From assembly GCA_950097015.1 (NCBI GenBank), contig CATNEN010000038.1:34100001-34164000 (forward strand): a stretch of 64,000 nt of DNA, in the 5' to 3' direction. This document shows positions 23,001-35,202 of this stretch, piece by piece; within the stretch, counting starts at the first letter, position 1; each line of letters opens with the position of its first letter. The notes beneath the pieces were generated by a model that saw only the letters and a program-made list of their open reading frames with translations, ran no database searches and had not been told where the DNA came from. The stretch is from Macrostomum hystrix. Taxonomy: Eukaryota > Animalia > Platyhelminthes. The position numbers and the translations under genes were made by a program.

Positions 23001-26000
23001 CTCATTTTCTGTTGGAATTGATCCTCATTTTCTGTTGGAATCGGTCCTCATTTTCTGTTGGAGTTGATCCTCATTTTCTGTTGGAATCGGTCCTCATTTT
23101 CTGTTGGAATTGATCCTCATTTTCTGTTGGAGTTGGTCCTCATTTTCTGTTGGAATTGATCCTCATTTTCTGTTGGAATTGATCCTCATTTTCTGTTGGA
23201 ATTGATCCTCATTTTCTGTTGGAATTGATCCTCATTTTCTGTTGGAATTGATCCTCATTTTCTGTTGGAATTGATCCTCATTTTCTGTTGGAGTTGATCC
23301 TCATTTTCTGTTGGAATTAATCCTCAATTTCTGTTGGAATTGATCCTCATTTTCTGTTGGAGTTGATCCTCATTTTCTGTTGGAATCGGTCCTCATTTTC
23401 TGTTGGAGTTGATCCTCATTTTCTGTTGGAATCGGTCCTCATTTTCTGTTGGAATTGATCCTCATTTTCTGTTGGAGTTGATCCTCATTTTCTGTTGGAA
23501 TCGGTCCTCATTTTCTGTTGGAATTGATCCTCATTTTCTGTTGGAATCGGTCCTCATTTTCTGTTGGAGTTGATCCTCATTTTCAGTTGGAGTTGATCCT
23601 CATTTTCTGTTGGAATTGATCCTCATTTTCTGTTGGAATTGATCCTCATTTTCTGTTGGAATTGATCCTCATTTTCTGTTGGAATTAATCCTCATTTTCT
23701 GTTGGAATTAATCCTCATTTTCTGTTGGAATTAATCCTCATTTTCTGTTGGAGTTGATCCTCATTTTCTGTTGGAATCGGTCCTCATTTTCTGTTGGAAT
23801 TGATCCTCATTTTCTGTTGGAGTTGATCCTCATTTTCTGTTGGAATTGATCCTCATTTTCTGTTGGAGTTGATCCTCATTTTCTGTTGGAGTTGATCCTC
23901 ATTTTCTGTTGGAGTTGATCCTCATTTTCTGTTGGAATTGATCCTCATTTTCTGTTGGAATTGATCCTCATTTTCTGTTGGAGTTGATCCTCATTTTCTG
24001 TTGGAATTGATCCTCATTTTCTGTTGGAGTTGATCCTCATTTTCTGTTGGAATTGATCCTCATTTTCTGTTGGATTTGATCCTCATTTTCTGTTGGAATT
24101 GATCCTCATTTTCTGTTGGAATCGGTCCTCATTTTCTGTTGGAATTGATCCTCATTTTCTGTTGGAATTGATCCTCATTTTCTGTTGGAATTGATCCTCA
24201 TTTTCTGTTGGAATTGATCCTCATTTTCTGTTGGAATTGATCCTCATTTTCTGTTGGAATTGATCCTCATTTTCTGTTGGAGTTGATCCTCATTTTCTGT
24301 TGGATTTGATCCTCATTTTCTGTTGGAATTGATCCTCATTTTCTGTTGGAATCGGTCCTCATTTTCTGTTGGAATTGATCCTCATTTTCTGTTGGAGTTG
24401 ATCCTCATTTTCTGTTGGAATCGGTCCTCCCTTTTGTATGTATAGGTATCTATTTATGTTAGCTGTTTACGGTTTTACGAACCAGCAGCAGCTGAAACTG
24501 CATTTACTTTTTTATTTTCTAAATATCGTCATGCACTAAGGAGCCTCTTTGTTAAAAAAATTCTTCTTTTGAAAGATACTCCACTATTATTTTTCGGAAC
24601 TAGTTAGGTTTTTTCTACAGAATTTGTTGCATTGTTGGGAGAAATCGATTTTCAGTGACGCTGACTGTTAGATTTGGTCGAAGCGAAATTAAACTGAATT
24701 GCTGAAATATTTTATTGGCTTATCTCGTTTCGTGGGATCTCGTAACAATTTTGGAAATACCGATCCTAACTTTAATAGTAAATTGCGCTGATCATTTTAA
24801 AGCGACGGGCGTATTTTTAGAATTCGCTTATTCGTATTTTTATCATTCATTAACAGCCTCCCTTGAAACTGTTCAAATAGTCATACGTTTTTCTAGCTAA
24901 TAATAAACTATTGCAATAGACCGTTCTACCATTGTTGGTCTGTCTAGGATAATTCTTTCACTGAAAGGATGAAATCCGGACATATATTTTACCCTTCTCT
25001 GGCACGCCATAACCTTAATCCTCCGATTCTGTCACTCCCTAGCCTTCCTTAATCCCCTCATTCTGTCACTCCCTAGCCTTCCTTAATCCCCTCATTCTGT
25101 CACTCCCTAGCCTTCCTTAGTCCCCTCATTCTGTCACTCCCTAGCCTTACTTAATCCCTCATTCTGTCACTCCCTAGCCTTCCTTAATCCCCTCATTCTG
25201 TCACTCCCTAGCCTTCCTTAATCCCCTCATTCTGTCACTCCCTAGCCTTCCTTAATCCCCTCATTCTGTCACTCTCTAGCCTTCCTTAATCCCCTCATTC
25301 TGTCACTCCCTAGCCCTCCTTAATCCTCCGATTCTGTCACTCCCTAGCCTTCCTTAATCCCCTCATTCTGTCACTCCCTAGCCTTCCTTAGTCCCCTCAT
25401 TCTGTCACTCCCTAGCCTTCCTTAATCCCCTCATTCTGTCACTCCCTAGCCTTCCTTAATCCTCCGATTCTGTCACTCCCTAGCCTTCCTTAATCCCCTC
25501 ATTCTGTCACTCCCTAGCCTTCCTTAATCCCCTCATTCTGTCACTCCCTTGCCTTCCTTAGTCCCCTCATTCTGTCACTCCCTAGCCTTCCTTAATCCCC
25601 TCATTCTGTCACTCCCTAGCCTTACTTAATCCTCCCATTCTGTCGCTCCCTAGCCTTCTTTAATCCCCTCATTCTGTCACTCTCTAACCTTCCTTAATCC
25701 CCTCATTCTGTCGCTCCCTTGCCTTTCTTAATCCCCTCATTCTGTCACTCCCTAGCCTTCCTTAATCCCCTCATTCTGTCACTCCCTTGCCTTCCTTAAT
25801 CCCCTCATTCTGTCACTCCCTAGCCTTCCTTAATCCCCTCATTCTGTCACTCCCTAGCCTTACTTAATCCTCCCATTCTGTCGCTCCCTAGCCTTCTTTA
25901 ATCCCCTCATTCTGTCACTCTCTAACCTTCCTTAATCCCCTCATTCTGTCGCTCCCTTGCCTTTCTTAATCCCCTCATTCTGTCACTCCCTAGCCTTCCT

Positions 26001-29000
26001 TAGTCCCCTCATTCTGTCACTCCCTAGCCTTACTTAATCCCTCATTCTGTCACTCCCTAGCCTTACTTAATCCCTCATTCTGTCACTCCCTAGCCTTCCT
26101 TAATCCCCTCATTCTGTCACTCCCTAGCCTTCCTTAATCCTCCGATTCTGTCACTCCCTAGCCTTCCTTAATCCCCTCATTCTGTCACTCCCTAGCCTTC
26201 CTTAATCCCCTCATTCTGTCACTCCCTAGCCTTCCCTAATCCCCTCATTCTGTCACTCCCTAGCCTTCCTTAATCCCCTCATTCTGTCACTCCCTAGCCT
26301 TCCTTAATCCCCTCATTCTGTCACTCCCTAGCCTTACTTAATCCCCTCATTCTGTCACTCCCTTGCCTTCCTGAATCCCTCATTCTGTCACTCCCTAGCC
26401 TTCCTTCTCTCTAATATATTTATTCACTTCTACTCCGCAGGGCGAGTCGACCAAGCCGGCGCTGTCCACGGACAAGATTGGCAGTGTCTCCTGTTTAACA
26501 GTTGGCGATCTGCTGAACGATGGCGGACGCAAACTACTTCTTGTCTGCTGCGCTGAGGGCGACGCCCACCTCATTGAGGTTAGGCTCGCTTCGAGTTTAT
26601 CTATTTTTTATCCTCTAGAAATTCACCCCAAAGTAATCTATGATTTTTCTCAAATAGTAGAACTCAGGTCAAATCAAAGCAGATTCTGAAATTGTTTTCT
26701 GCCTAATTGTTTTAGCTGACAATGGCAGCTATCTGATACTTTTTTACATCGACATTACATTTTTACAATGGTGCTGCTTATCGATTATTATTATTTTAAT
26801 TCAGAAGTCAGTGAGTCATTGAGTTATTCCAACTGAAGCAGTTCAGATATCCCAACTGAAGCAGTTCAGATATCCCAACTGATGCAGTTCAGATATCCCA
26901 ACTGAAGCAGTTCAGATATCCCAACTGAAGCAGTTCAGATATCCCAACTGAAGCAGTTCAGATATCCCAACTGAAGCAGTTCAGATATCCCAACTGAAGC
27001 AGTTCAGATATCCCAACTGAAGCAGTTCAGATATCCCAACTGAAGCAGTTCAGATATCCCAACTGATGCAGTTCAGATATCCCAACTGAAGCAGTTCAGA
27101 TATCCCAACTGATGCAGTTCAGATATCCCAACTGAAGCAGTTCAGATATCCCAACTGATGCAGTTCAGATATCCCAACTGATGCAGTTCAGATATCCCAA
27201 CTGATGCAGTTCAGATATCCCAACTGAAGCAGTTCAGATATCCCAACTGATGCAGTTCAGATATCCCAACTGAAGCAGTTCAGATATCCCAACTGATGCA
27301 GTTCAGATATCCCAACTGATGCAGTTCAGATATCCCAACTGATGCAGTTCAGATATCCCAACTGAAGCAGTTCAGATATCCCAACTGATGCAGTTCAGAT
27401 ATCCCAACTGAAGCAGTTCAGATATCCCAACTGATGCAGTTCAGATATCCCAACTGATGCAGTTCAGATATCCCAACTGATGCAGTTCAGATATCCCAAC
27501 TGATGCAGTTCAGATATCCCAACTGAAGCAGTTCAGATATCCCAACTGAAGCAGTTCAGATATCCCAACTGATGCAGTTCAGATATCCCAACTGAAGCAG
27601 TTCAGATATCCCAACTGAAGCAGTTCAGATATCCCAACTGAAGCAGTTCAGATATCCCAACTGATGCAGTTCAGATATCCCAACTGATGCAGTTCAGATA
27701 TCCCAACTGATGCAGTTCAGATATCCCAACTGATGCAGTTCAGATATCCCAACTGATGCAGTTCAGATATCCCAACTGAAGCAGTTCAGATATCCCAACT
27801 GAAAAAGTTGAGTCGGCCACTTCCAGCCGAGAGGTCTGGAGTTCGAATCCTGGATCATTGGGAAACATAGTAAGACGTGTGCGCAAAACGCTTTTATTCC
27901 CCATGGCTTCGGTCCATCCTTCTGTAATGATTTGGGTTGGTCAGTAGTTCCCCAGTCCGCGGACTGAACATCTGTATACAGAATGCTGTCTTTCTTTCAA
28001 CCCGCTGCCAGGTCACACGGGACTCCGCCGACGGCCTCCGCGCCGCCTTGCGCGCCGGCTATCGTCTAGCAGCGAACGGCAGGCACCTTCTAATAGCCGA
28101 CATCGACGCCGACGGTCGCAACGAACTGGTTGTGGCCACCTCCGACCGTCTGGTGTTCTCTTATCGAGCCAGTCAGAGCGAGCTGACACCGCTGCAGAGA
28201 TGGGAGCTGGTCAGCCAGATTGGCTCCCTATCCCTGCACGAAGAGGATCCGGCCAATCACGCGGGGCCTAGGCACGTGCTGGTCTCTCAGCAGGGAGGTG
28301 CCTATGTCACACTGTGCGTCGGCGAGGCTAACACTGAGGCGCCATCCAAGGTGTGTCAGCAGTTTTGACTGCCTTTGGCTCTTCAGTAGGGCCTTTTAAA
28401 GTAAATGATCTTCTGTACCTTCAAGGCCGTCAACTAGCATCCTTCAGGGCCGATAACTAGCACACTTCACGGCCGCTAACTAGCACACTTCAGGGCTGCT
28501 AACTTGCACACTTCAGGGCCGCTAACTAGCACACTTCAGGGCCGCTAACTAACACTCTTCAGGGCCGCTAACTAGCACACTTCAGGGCCGCTAACTAACA
28601 CTCTTCAGGGCCGCTAACTAGCACACTTCAGGGCCGCTAACTAGCACACTTCAGGGCCGCTAACTAACACACTTCAGGGCCGCTAGCTAGCACACTTCAG
28701 GGCCGCTAACTAGCACACTTCAGGGCCGCTAACTAACACACTTCAGGGCCGCTAAGTACACGCTAGTATCCTTCAGGGCCGCTTTCCACTGCTCTTCAAG
28801 GCTCTCCATGCAGTATCTTCAGTGTCACTCTCCCAGGCATTCTGATCCGTTTCACAAGTGCTGAATCAGTAAATCATTCTCTAATAAATTCCTATACTAG
28901 GTAATCTACCATTCGGTGAATCCAATCACAGCCGACCGTCGCCAGTTTCCCAACACTGAGATAGTCTGCAGCGTGCGCCGATCCCGCCTGCCAGCATCGG

Positions 29001-29521
29001 CCGCCCCACCCTACATGGCCATGTGCACTCTAGACGGTAGCCTGATGCTGCTAGACGGGGTGTCAGACAAACAGATTTGGTCTCTGCAGGTCAATCATCA
29101 ATTGTTTGGCTTGGCTAAATTGGATTTAACCAACGATGCCGCTGAGGAGGTCATCCTATGCAGCTGGGACGGCATGTCCTACATTGTCAATCATCACAAG
29201 GAGGTCGTCAAATTTCAATTCCCCGAGCCTTGCTTATTCTTCGCAGCCGGCTGCTACGGTCTAGATGGTAGAGATGTTCCCGTACTGCTCTACGGCACAT
29301 TCGACTGTCGATTGGTGATGTACATCGGCATCAGCTTGGAGGCTATTCCCGCCTATCCGCTCCTTGGCGCCTCTGACGATGTTGACGAGGGTCTAGCTAA
29401 GCTGGCTAAACAGACCGGACTGAGTAGGCCTGCTCTGGTCCGACTGCTGCTGTACGACAGGCCAGCTCTACAGCGGCTGATTGACGATGGCAGAGCCGCT
29501 GCTGCTGATGCTGTAAATTAG
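20049..29521 (+). CDS. ITFG2: ITFG2 (integrin-alpha FG-GAP repeat protein 2, KICSTOR subunit), 4 exons, ~437 aa with an added initiator Met
   Basis: Exons 20049-20261, 26441-26578, 28012-28350, 28901-29521 (all phase 0). Motifs VCLADVDNDG.SELL, TVGDLLNDGGRKLLLVCCAEG, LLIADIDADGRNELVVATSDR, AMCTLDGSL, WSLQVNHQLFGLAKLDLT, EEVILCSWDGMSYIVNH, colinear with ITFG2. Confidence 0.93.
20322..21160 (+). repeat. 23-bp minisatellite (CTGTTGGAAATGGTCCTAGTTTA)n
   Basis: Tandem array in ITFG2 intron 1. Confidence 0.96.
21170..24430 (+). repeat. 23-bp minisatellite (CTGTTGGAATTGATCCTCATTTT)n
   Basis: About 140 units, related to the preceding array, with a 713-bp (31-unit) internal duplication. Confidence 0.97.
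25015..26405 (+). repeat. 34-bp minisatellite (TCATTCTGTCACTCCCTAGCCTTCCTTAATCCCC)n
   Basis: About 40 units ending ~35 bp before ITFG2 exon 2. Confidence 0.97.
26828..27801 (+). repeat. 23-bp minisatellite (CCCAACTGA[A/T]GCAGTTCAGATAT)n
   Basis: About 42 near-identical units in ITFG2 intron 2, with one A/T variable site. Confidence 0.97.
27805..27945 (+). mobile_element. Degenerate tRNA-derived SINE
   Basis: B box GAGTTCGAATCC followed by a decayed CORE-like body (GCTTCGGTCCATCCTTCTGTAATG). Confidence 0.5.
28420..28785 (+). repeat. 23-bp minisatellite (CTTCAGGGCCGCTAACTAGCACA)n
   Basis: Tandem array in ITFG2 intron 3. Confidence 0.94.
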
Positions 29522-29539
29522 TTTCTATGCCATGGATTG

Positions 29540-29848
29540 ACTATGGGTGTTATGCTGCAGTGGCTATGGGGTGTTATGCTGCAGTGTCTATGGGGTGTTA
29601 TGCTGCAGTGTCTATGGGGTGTTATGCTGCAGTGTCTATGGGGTGTTATGCTGCAGTGTCTATGGGGTGTTATGCTGCAGTGTCTATAGGGTGTTATGCT
29701 GCAGTGTCTATGGGGTGTTATGCTGCAGTGTCTATGGGGTGTTATGCTGCGGTGTCTATAGGGTGTTATGCTGCAGTGTCTGTGGGGTGTTATGCTGCAG
29801 TGTCTATGGGGTGTTATGCTGCAGTGTCTGTGGGGTGTTATGCTGCAT
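29540..29848 (+). repeat. 24-bp minisatellite (TATGGGGTGTTATGCTGCAGTGTC)n
   Basis: Begins ~20 bp after the ITFG2 stop codon. Confidence 0.95.
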
Positions 29849-30293
29849 TGTCAACAAGTAGTTTTTGCTGTTCTCTGTCCTAATCGTGCAGTTTTCAATC
29901 AAATCATTATCCGATGAGTGTAATTGTTAGTACAATTAAATTTCTAGCGCTTATCAAACACCCATACTTCACTCGCTGAACGACGCTTAAACAATAAAAT
30001 TCTTGCAAGATAAATACTAAAAATGTAATTTTAGCACAGAAAAAGTACGTCTTTCTTGTCACCCTGACAACCTGTTAAATAAAATAGCAGCAAATAACGC
30101 GTTAGCAGTGTTTAATGTTGAATTTTTTGTTGTATCGGATTTGTTTAGCTTTTAATTTCATTTGACGTTATTGCTTGTATTTTACAGACGGCAAATTGAA
30201 TGCGAACTCATTGCAGATTCGAACTAAAGACCATTCAACTTAAACATTTTCTAAAATTTCAGTTACACTTTTAAAAACAAAAGTACCTTAACA

Positions 30294-31229
30294 ATGGGCG
30301 GTTCCTATAGCAACCAGCGCCTGGCAGGCACCGCCTCGGCTTCCGCCGCGCCAGGAGGAGCCGACATTCCCCGACCCGAGCGACGCGTCCTGATCGCCGT
30401 CGACGGATCCAAAGGCGCCCAACGGGCCTTCGACTATTGGAGCAGCCAGCCGGGCAGTCAGCAGGACAGCATCATTCTGCTGCACTCAATGGAAGCTCCC
30501 AATGTGCTCACCGGCCTGCTGTTGTCACCGTCTGGGTGGGTGCTTACCTTCTGATTCTGCCCACCTGGTTTAGACTAGTTTATAGAAAATTACAGCTAAG
30601 ATTCAACTACTGATCGGAAAAGTACAAGTATAATAGAGTGCAGAATGGACTAAAATTCAGTTTAGAATAAAGTAAAAGTTAAATAAAATTACAGATTAGA
30701 AAAGAGTACAGTCTAGATTTAACTGCAAGCCAAAATAACTTGTATGGCATAATAAAGTACATATTCTATTAAAGTACATACTCGATTAAAGTACATATTC
30801 TATTAAAGTACATGGATATAAGCATTGGCTTGAGAATACGTGAACAACTCTCGAACTGCAAACAAAATAGACTTTAATAAACTAGCGACTGACGGACCTC
30901 ACCCACCCTCGCCTGTCCTCGACAGCACCTTCGACTACGAAGAATACGAGAAGCAGGGCCGCCTGTTGAAGCAGCGCTCCCAACGCCTCGGCCAGGAGCT
31001 GCTGGCCCAGTGTGAGCAGCGCCGACTTCGCTGCAAATTTGTCACCGAGGCTGGCAGCCCCGGGGCGGCCATTGTTGAAGCCGCCCGCAGCTACGCCGCT
31101 AACCTGGTCGTGGTCGGCTGCCGCGGCAATAATGGCATCCGGCGCACAATCCTTGGCTCCGTTAGCGACTACGTGCTGCAACACTCGTGCCGACCGGTTG
31201 TAGTGGTGCCTGAGATTGTCGACAAGTGA
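30294..31229 (+). CDS. Universal stress protein (UspA-domain), 2 exons, ~181 aa
   Basis: Exons 30294-30535 and 30926-31229 (phase 2, GT-AG). Motifs RRVLIAVDGS, IILLH, GSPGAAIVEAA and VVVGCRGNNGIRRTILGSVSDYVLQHSCRPVVVV, which includes the intact G-2x-G-9x-GS ATP-binding motif. Confidence 0.93.
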
Positions 31230-31332
31230 ACTGCAGTGCTGCGGCTAGCCTCGTCATTGATGTCTGCAAACTTACCAATTCTATCTAAGACTTTACTATT
31301 TGCAAAAACTTTACTATTTTTCATTTTCCGTC

Positions 31333-33120
31333 ACATCCTCGGATACTTCAGGGTTTGTTTCCTACATCCTCCGATACTTCAGGGGATGTTTCCTACATCC
31401 TCCGATACTTCCGGGAATGTTTCCTACATCCTCCGATACTTCAGGGGATGTTTCCTACATCCTCCGATACTTCCGGGAATGTTTCCTACAAACTCCGATA
31501 CTTCAGGGGATGTTTCCTACATCCTCCGATACTTCCGGGAATGTTTCCTACATCCTCCGATACTTCCGGGAATGTTTCCTACATCCTCCGATACTTCCGG
31601 GAATGTTTCCTACATCCTCCGATACTTCCGGGAATGTTTCCTACATCCTCCGATACTTCCGGGAATGTTTCCTACATCCTCCGATACTTCAGGGGATGTT
31701 TCCTACATCCTCCGATACTTCAGGGGATGTTTCCTACATCCTCCGATACTTCAGGGGATGTTTCCTACATCCTCCGATACTTCAGGGAATGTTTCCTACA
31801 TCCTCCGATACTTCAGGGGATGTTTCCTACATCCTCCGATACTTCCGGGAATGTTTCCTACATCCTCCGATACTTCAGGGGATGTTTCCTACATCCTCCG
31901 ATACTTCCGGGAATGTTTCCTACATCCTCCGATACTTCCGGGAATGTTTCCTACAAACTCCGATACTTCCGGGAATGTTTCCTACATCCTCCGATACTTC
32001 AGGGGATGTTTCCTACATCCTCCGATACTTCCGGGAATGTTTCCTACATCCTCCGATACTTCCGGGAATGTTTCCTACATCCTCCGATACTTCCGGGAAT
32101 GTTTCCTACATCCTCCGATACTTCCGGGAATGTTTCCTACAAACTCCGATACTTCCGGGAATGTTTCCTACATCCTCCGATACTTCAGGGGATGTTTCCT
32201 ACATGCTCCGATACTTCAGGGTTTGTTTCCTACATGCTCCGATACTTCCGGGAATGTTTCCTACATCCTCCGATACTTCAGGGGATGTTTCCTACATCCT
32301 CCGATACTTCCGGGAATGTTTCCTACATCCTCCGATACTTCCGGGAATGTTTCCTACATCCTCCGATACTTCCGGGAATGTTTCCTACAAACTCCGATAC
32401 TTCCGGGAATGTTTCCTACATCCTCCGATACTTCAGGGGATGTTTCCTACATCCTCTGATACTTCAGGGGATGTTTCCTACATCCTCCGATACTTCAGGG
32501 AATGTTTCCTACATCCTCCGATACTTCCGGGAATGTTTCCTACATCCTCCGATACTTCAGGGGATGTTTCCTACATCCTCTGATACTTCAGGGGATGTTT
32601 CCTACATCCTCCGATACTTCAGGGGATGTTTCCTACATCCTCCGATACTTCAGGGGATGTTTCCTACATCCTCCGATACTTCAGGGGATGTTTCCTACAT
32701 CCTCCGATACTTCAGGGGATGTTTCCTACAAACTCCGATACTTCCGGGAATGTTTCCTACATCCTCCGATACTTCCGGGAATGTTTCCTACAAACTCCGA
32801 TACTTCCGGGAATGTTTCCTACATCCTCCGATACTTCAGGGGATGTTTCCTACATGCTCCGATACTTCCGGGAATGTTTCCTACATCCTCCGATACTTCC
32901 GGGAATGTTTCCTACATCCTCCGATACTACAGGGGATGTTTCCTACATCCTCTGATACTTCAGGGGATGTTTCCTACATCCTCCGATTCTTCAGGGGATG
33001 TTTCCTACATCCTCCGATACTTTAGGGGATGTTTCCTACATCCTCCGATTCTTCAGGGGATGTTTCCTACATCCTCTGATACTTCAAGGGATGTTTCCTA
33101 CATCCACCGATACTTCAGAG
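31333..33120 (+). repeat. 31-bp minisatellite (TGTTTCCTACATCCTCCGATACTTCCGGGAA)n
   Basis: About 57 units starting ~100 bp after the USP stop codon. Source of the spurious long ORFs here. Confidence 0.97.
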
Positions 33121-34329
33121 TATGTTTTCTTAATCCCTTGATGCTTCCTACACTCTTGCCTTACATTCGAAATCTAGCAGGCCTTACTAATTAACCGGCT
33201 CTCTCGCAGCACAATTTCAAGCATCGATTCATTCCTACTGCTTAAGGTTATGAGCAATGGCATTCGCTCATGTTGCACAGTAGAGTCAACGCTGTACTGG
33301 CGACTAACAATAGCGGTTGTAATATTGTATGTGCTGGCTTCTATATTTGCGATTCCAGAAATAATTTTACACTTGCTTGATAATTCTATTTAATTTTGTT
33401 TCAAGATCGTAGGATTAGAAATCTATTATTCCGTCGAGTTTAGTTTGCCAAAAATCTAAATATTTTATTTTATTAATTTGCTTTGCATCTATTCTGATCA
33501 GTTAGGCCCAGGTAATTGTTGCTTTTGTAGTCTCATGTGCTACCATTAATCCTACTATTATACACACTATAATAGCTGATTGCATTGTATTGATTTGCCA
33601 TTTAAAATCCATCTGAATGGGTTTATATTAGCTGATAGTATTTTTTTTCTTGTAGTTAAGTCGAGGTGCAGAAATACATTTTTTAATCATTCATTGAATG
33701 TCATCTTCGAGAACAATAGTATTTTACTCTTGTGTTAAATTTCGATTCCTTTGTACTCATTATGCTTAAAGTGTACTCAAAACTGTACAATGGATCATCG
33801 TTTTGGGCCATAGACAATACTTCTCTCGAATCATCCGATGGTAAGTGATTTTTAACTAATCACCATGAAAATCCTGAACACGGGCGAAAAGTTTCCGCTC
33901 TATCCAATGAGACAACTTCCAGAATCACAAAACATCGTCGGCGTGTCTGTTGGCAAGAACCTCACATGTCGGCTATATAAAAAAGTACTCGATTTTTTTT
34001 AAATTTCAAGTCAATTATGGTTCGCTGCCAAAATTGCAAAGCATTGCAATTTTAGTAAATGATCAATGTCACAATTTCGACCAATCGGGTCGTTCCTCCA
34101 AAAAAATCTGCCACCAGTGTATTGGGCCGCATCCCACGCAGTAGAAATCCTCAAAGCAGGTATGGATGGATAAAAGCGCCTATTTAGGAGCTTAACCGAA
34201 TCGCTTGGCTTTGAAGTCGCATTGGGCAATAATTAACTCATTTAATACATCGCCGATCGTCTTATCGATTCGGTTTGCTTTCACGGTGAGTTAATAAGTG
34301 TGTATCCTCGTTTAGTGCTTTACAATCGC

Positions 34330-34492
34330 CTTTTGAATGGGCTAAAGTGGCTACATGTGTTGTGCTGCAGCTTACACCAGCCCCAATCGTGTCAGATGTG
34401 CAGCCGAAAGCGATAAATTCCTGTTTAGTCAGGAATCGAACCCCCGACCTTCAAGTATTGAGTCCGACGCGGTAACAACTAGGCTACAACCC
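34330..34492 (-). mobile_element. tRNA-derived SINE
   Basis: Minus strand GGGTTGTAGCCTAGTTG...GAAGGTCGGGGGTTCGATTCCTGACT (A and B boxes). The head closely matches the element at 18.5 kb. Confidence 0.65.
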
Positions 34493-35202
34493 ACTACTAA
34501 AGTAGAATAAAAAATAAAATTCTCGAGTCGTGGCATGAAGGCTGGTGAAGGTATCAATGAGGGCCTTCAAAAATGTGCGGAGGTGGATTTTAACCGAAAT
34601 AGATAGCTATTGACAGTTTTTGAGTGAATTAATCCATTACGAGCTCTGACTCTATGGAGGTTGTTCTTAACAATTCAATAGATTTTCTGAAATTCTCAGA
34701 GTCCTTATACAATGCTCTCAAATACTCTCTCTGCATTTTGTTACGCCATTTTAATTATAAAAACCACACTGCGTGAATACGGTCGGACCATAGACTAATA
34801 ATCCCACGAGAATAAATACGAGAGTATATCTTTCCTTTCGGGTCTAAATTGTTTTTACTTACATTTTCCATCAAATTCTATATTTAGGACTAGGTAGAAA
34901 TTAATCCTTAAAATATAAACAGAACAAATTTGAATTGGCCTGAGAAAGGTGGGCGTGAGAATTCATACATTTCACATCTCTAAATAATAGGCACTTCTTT
35001 CAGAAACTAAACGATTGCAATTTACTAAAATTACCTTTGATTTAGGCCGCAGAATTAAACAACTATGAAATCGAATTTTATACTCGTATTTGATCGTGTG
35101 AATTGAAGCATGCATTCTACTTTGAATGATTTTTCTAAATTCCTTTTCTGGGTTCTGGTTTCTACAATAATAAACATTATAGAGAAACGCCTTCGCAGAA
35201 TT

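Noticed and set aside
30294-31229. Bacterial contamination or recent HGT of the USP gene
   Set aside because: It has a canonical spliceosomal intron and host-like composition, and USPs are native to several animal phyla.
31236-33194. ORFs of up to 556 aa after the USP gene
   Set aside because: They are read-through of the 31-bp repeat in all frames. The same applies to ORFs at 12668-13457, 16710-17947, 20567, 29527, 35615, 43385-43933, 44693-45267 and the repeat part of 58119.
33190-33250. Possible LINE ORF2 C-terminal remnant (FKHRFIPTA)
   Set aside because: Too short and frameshifted to support a call.
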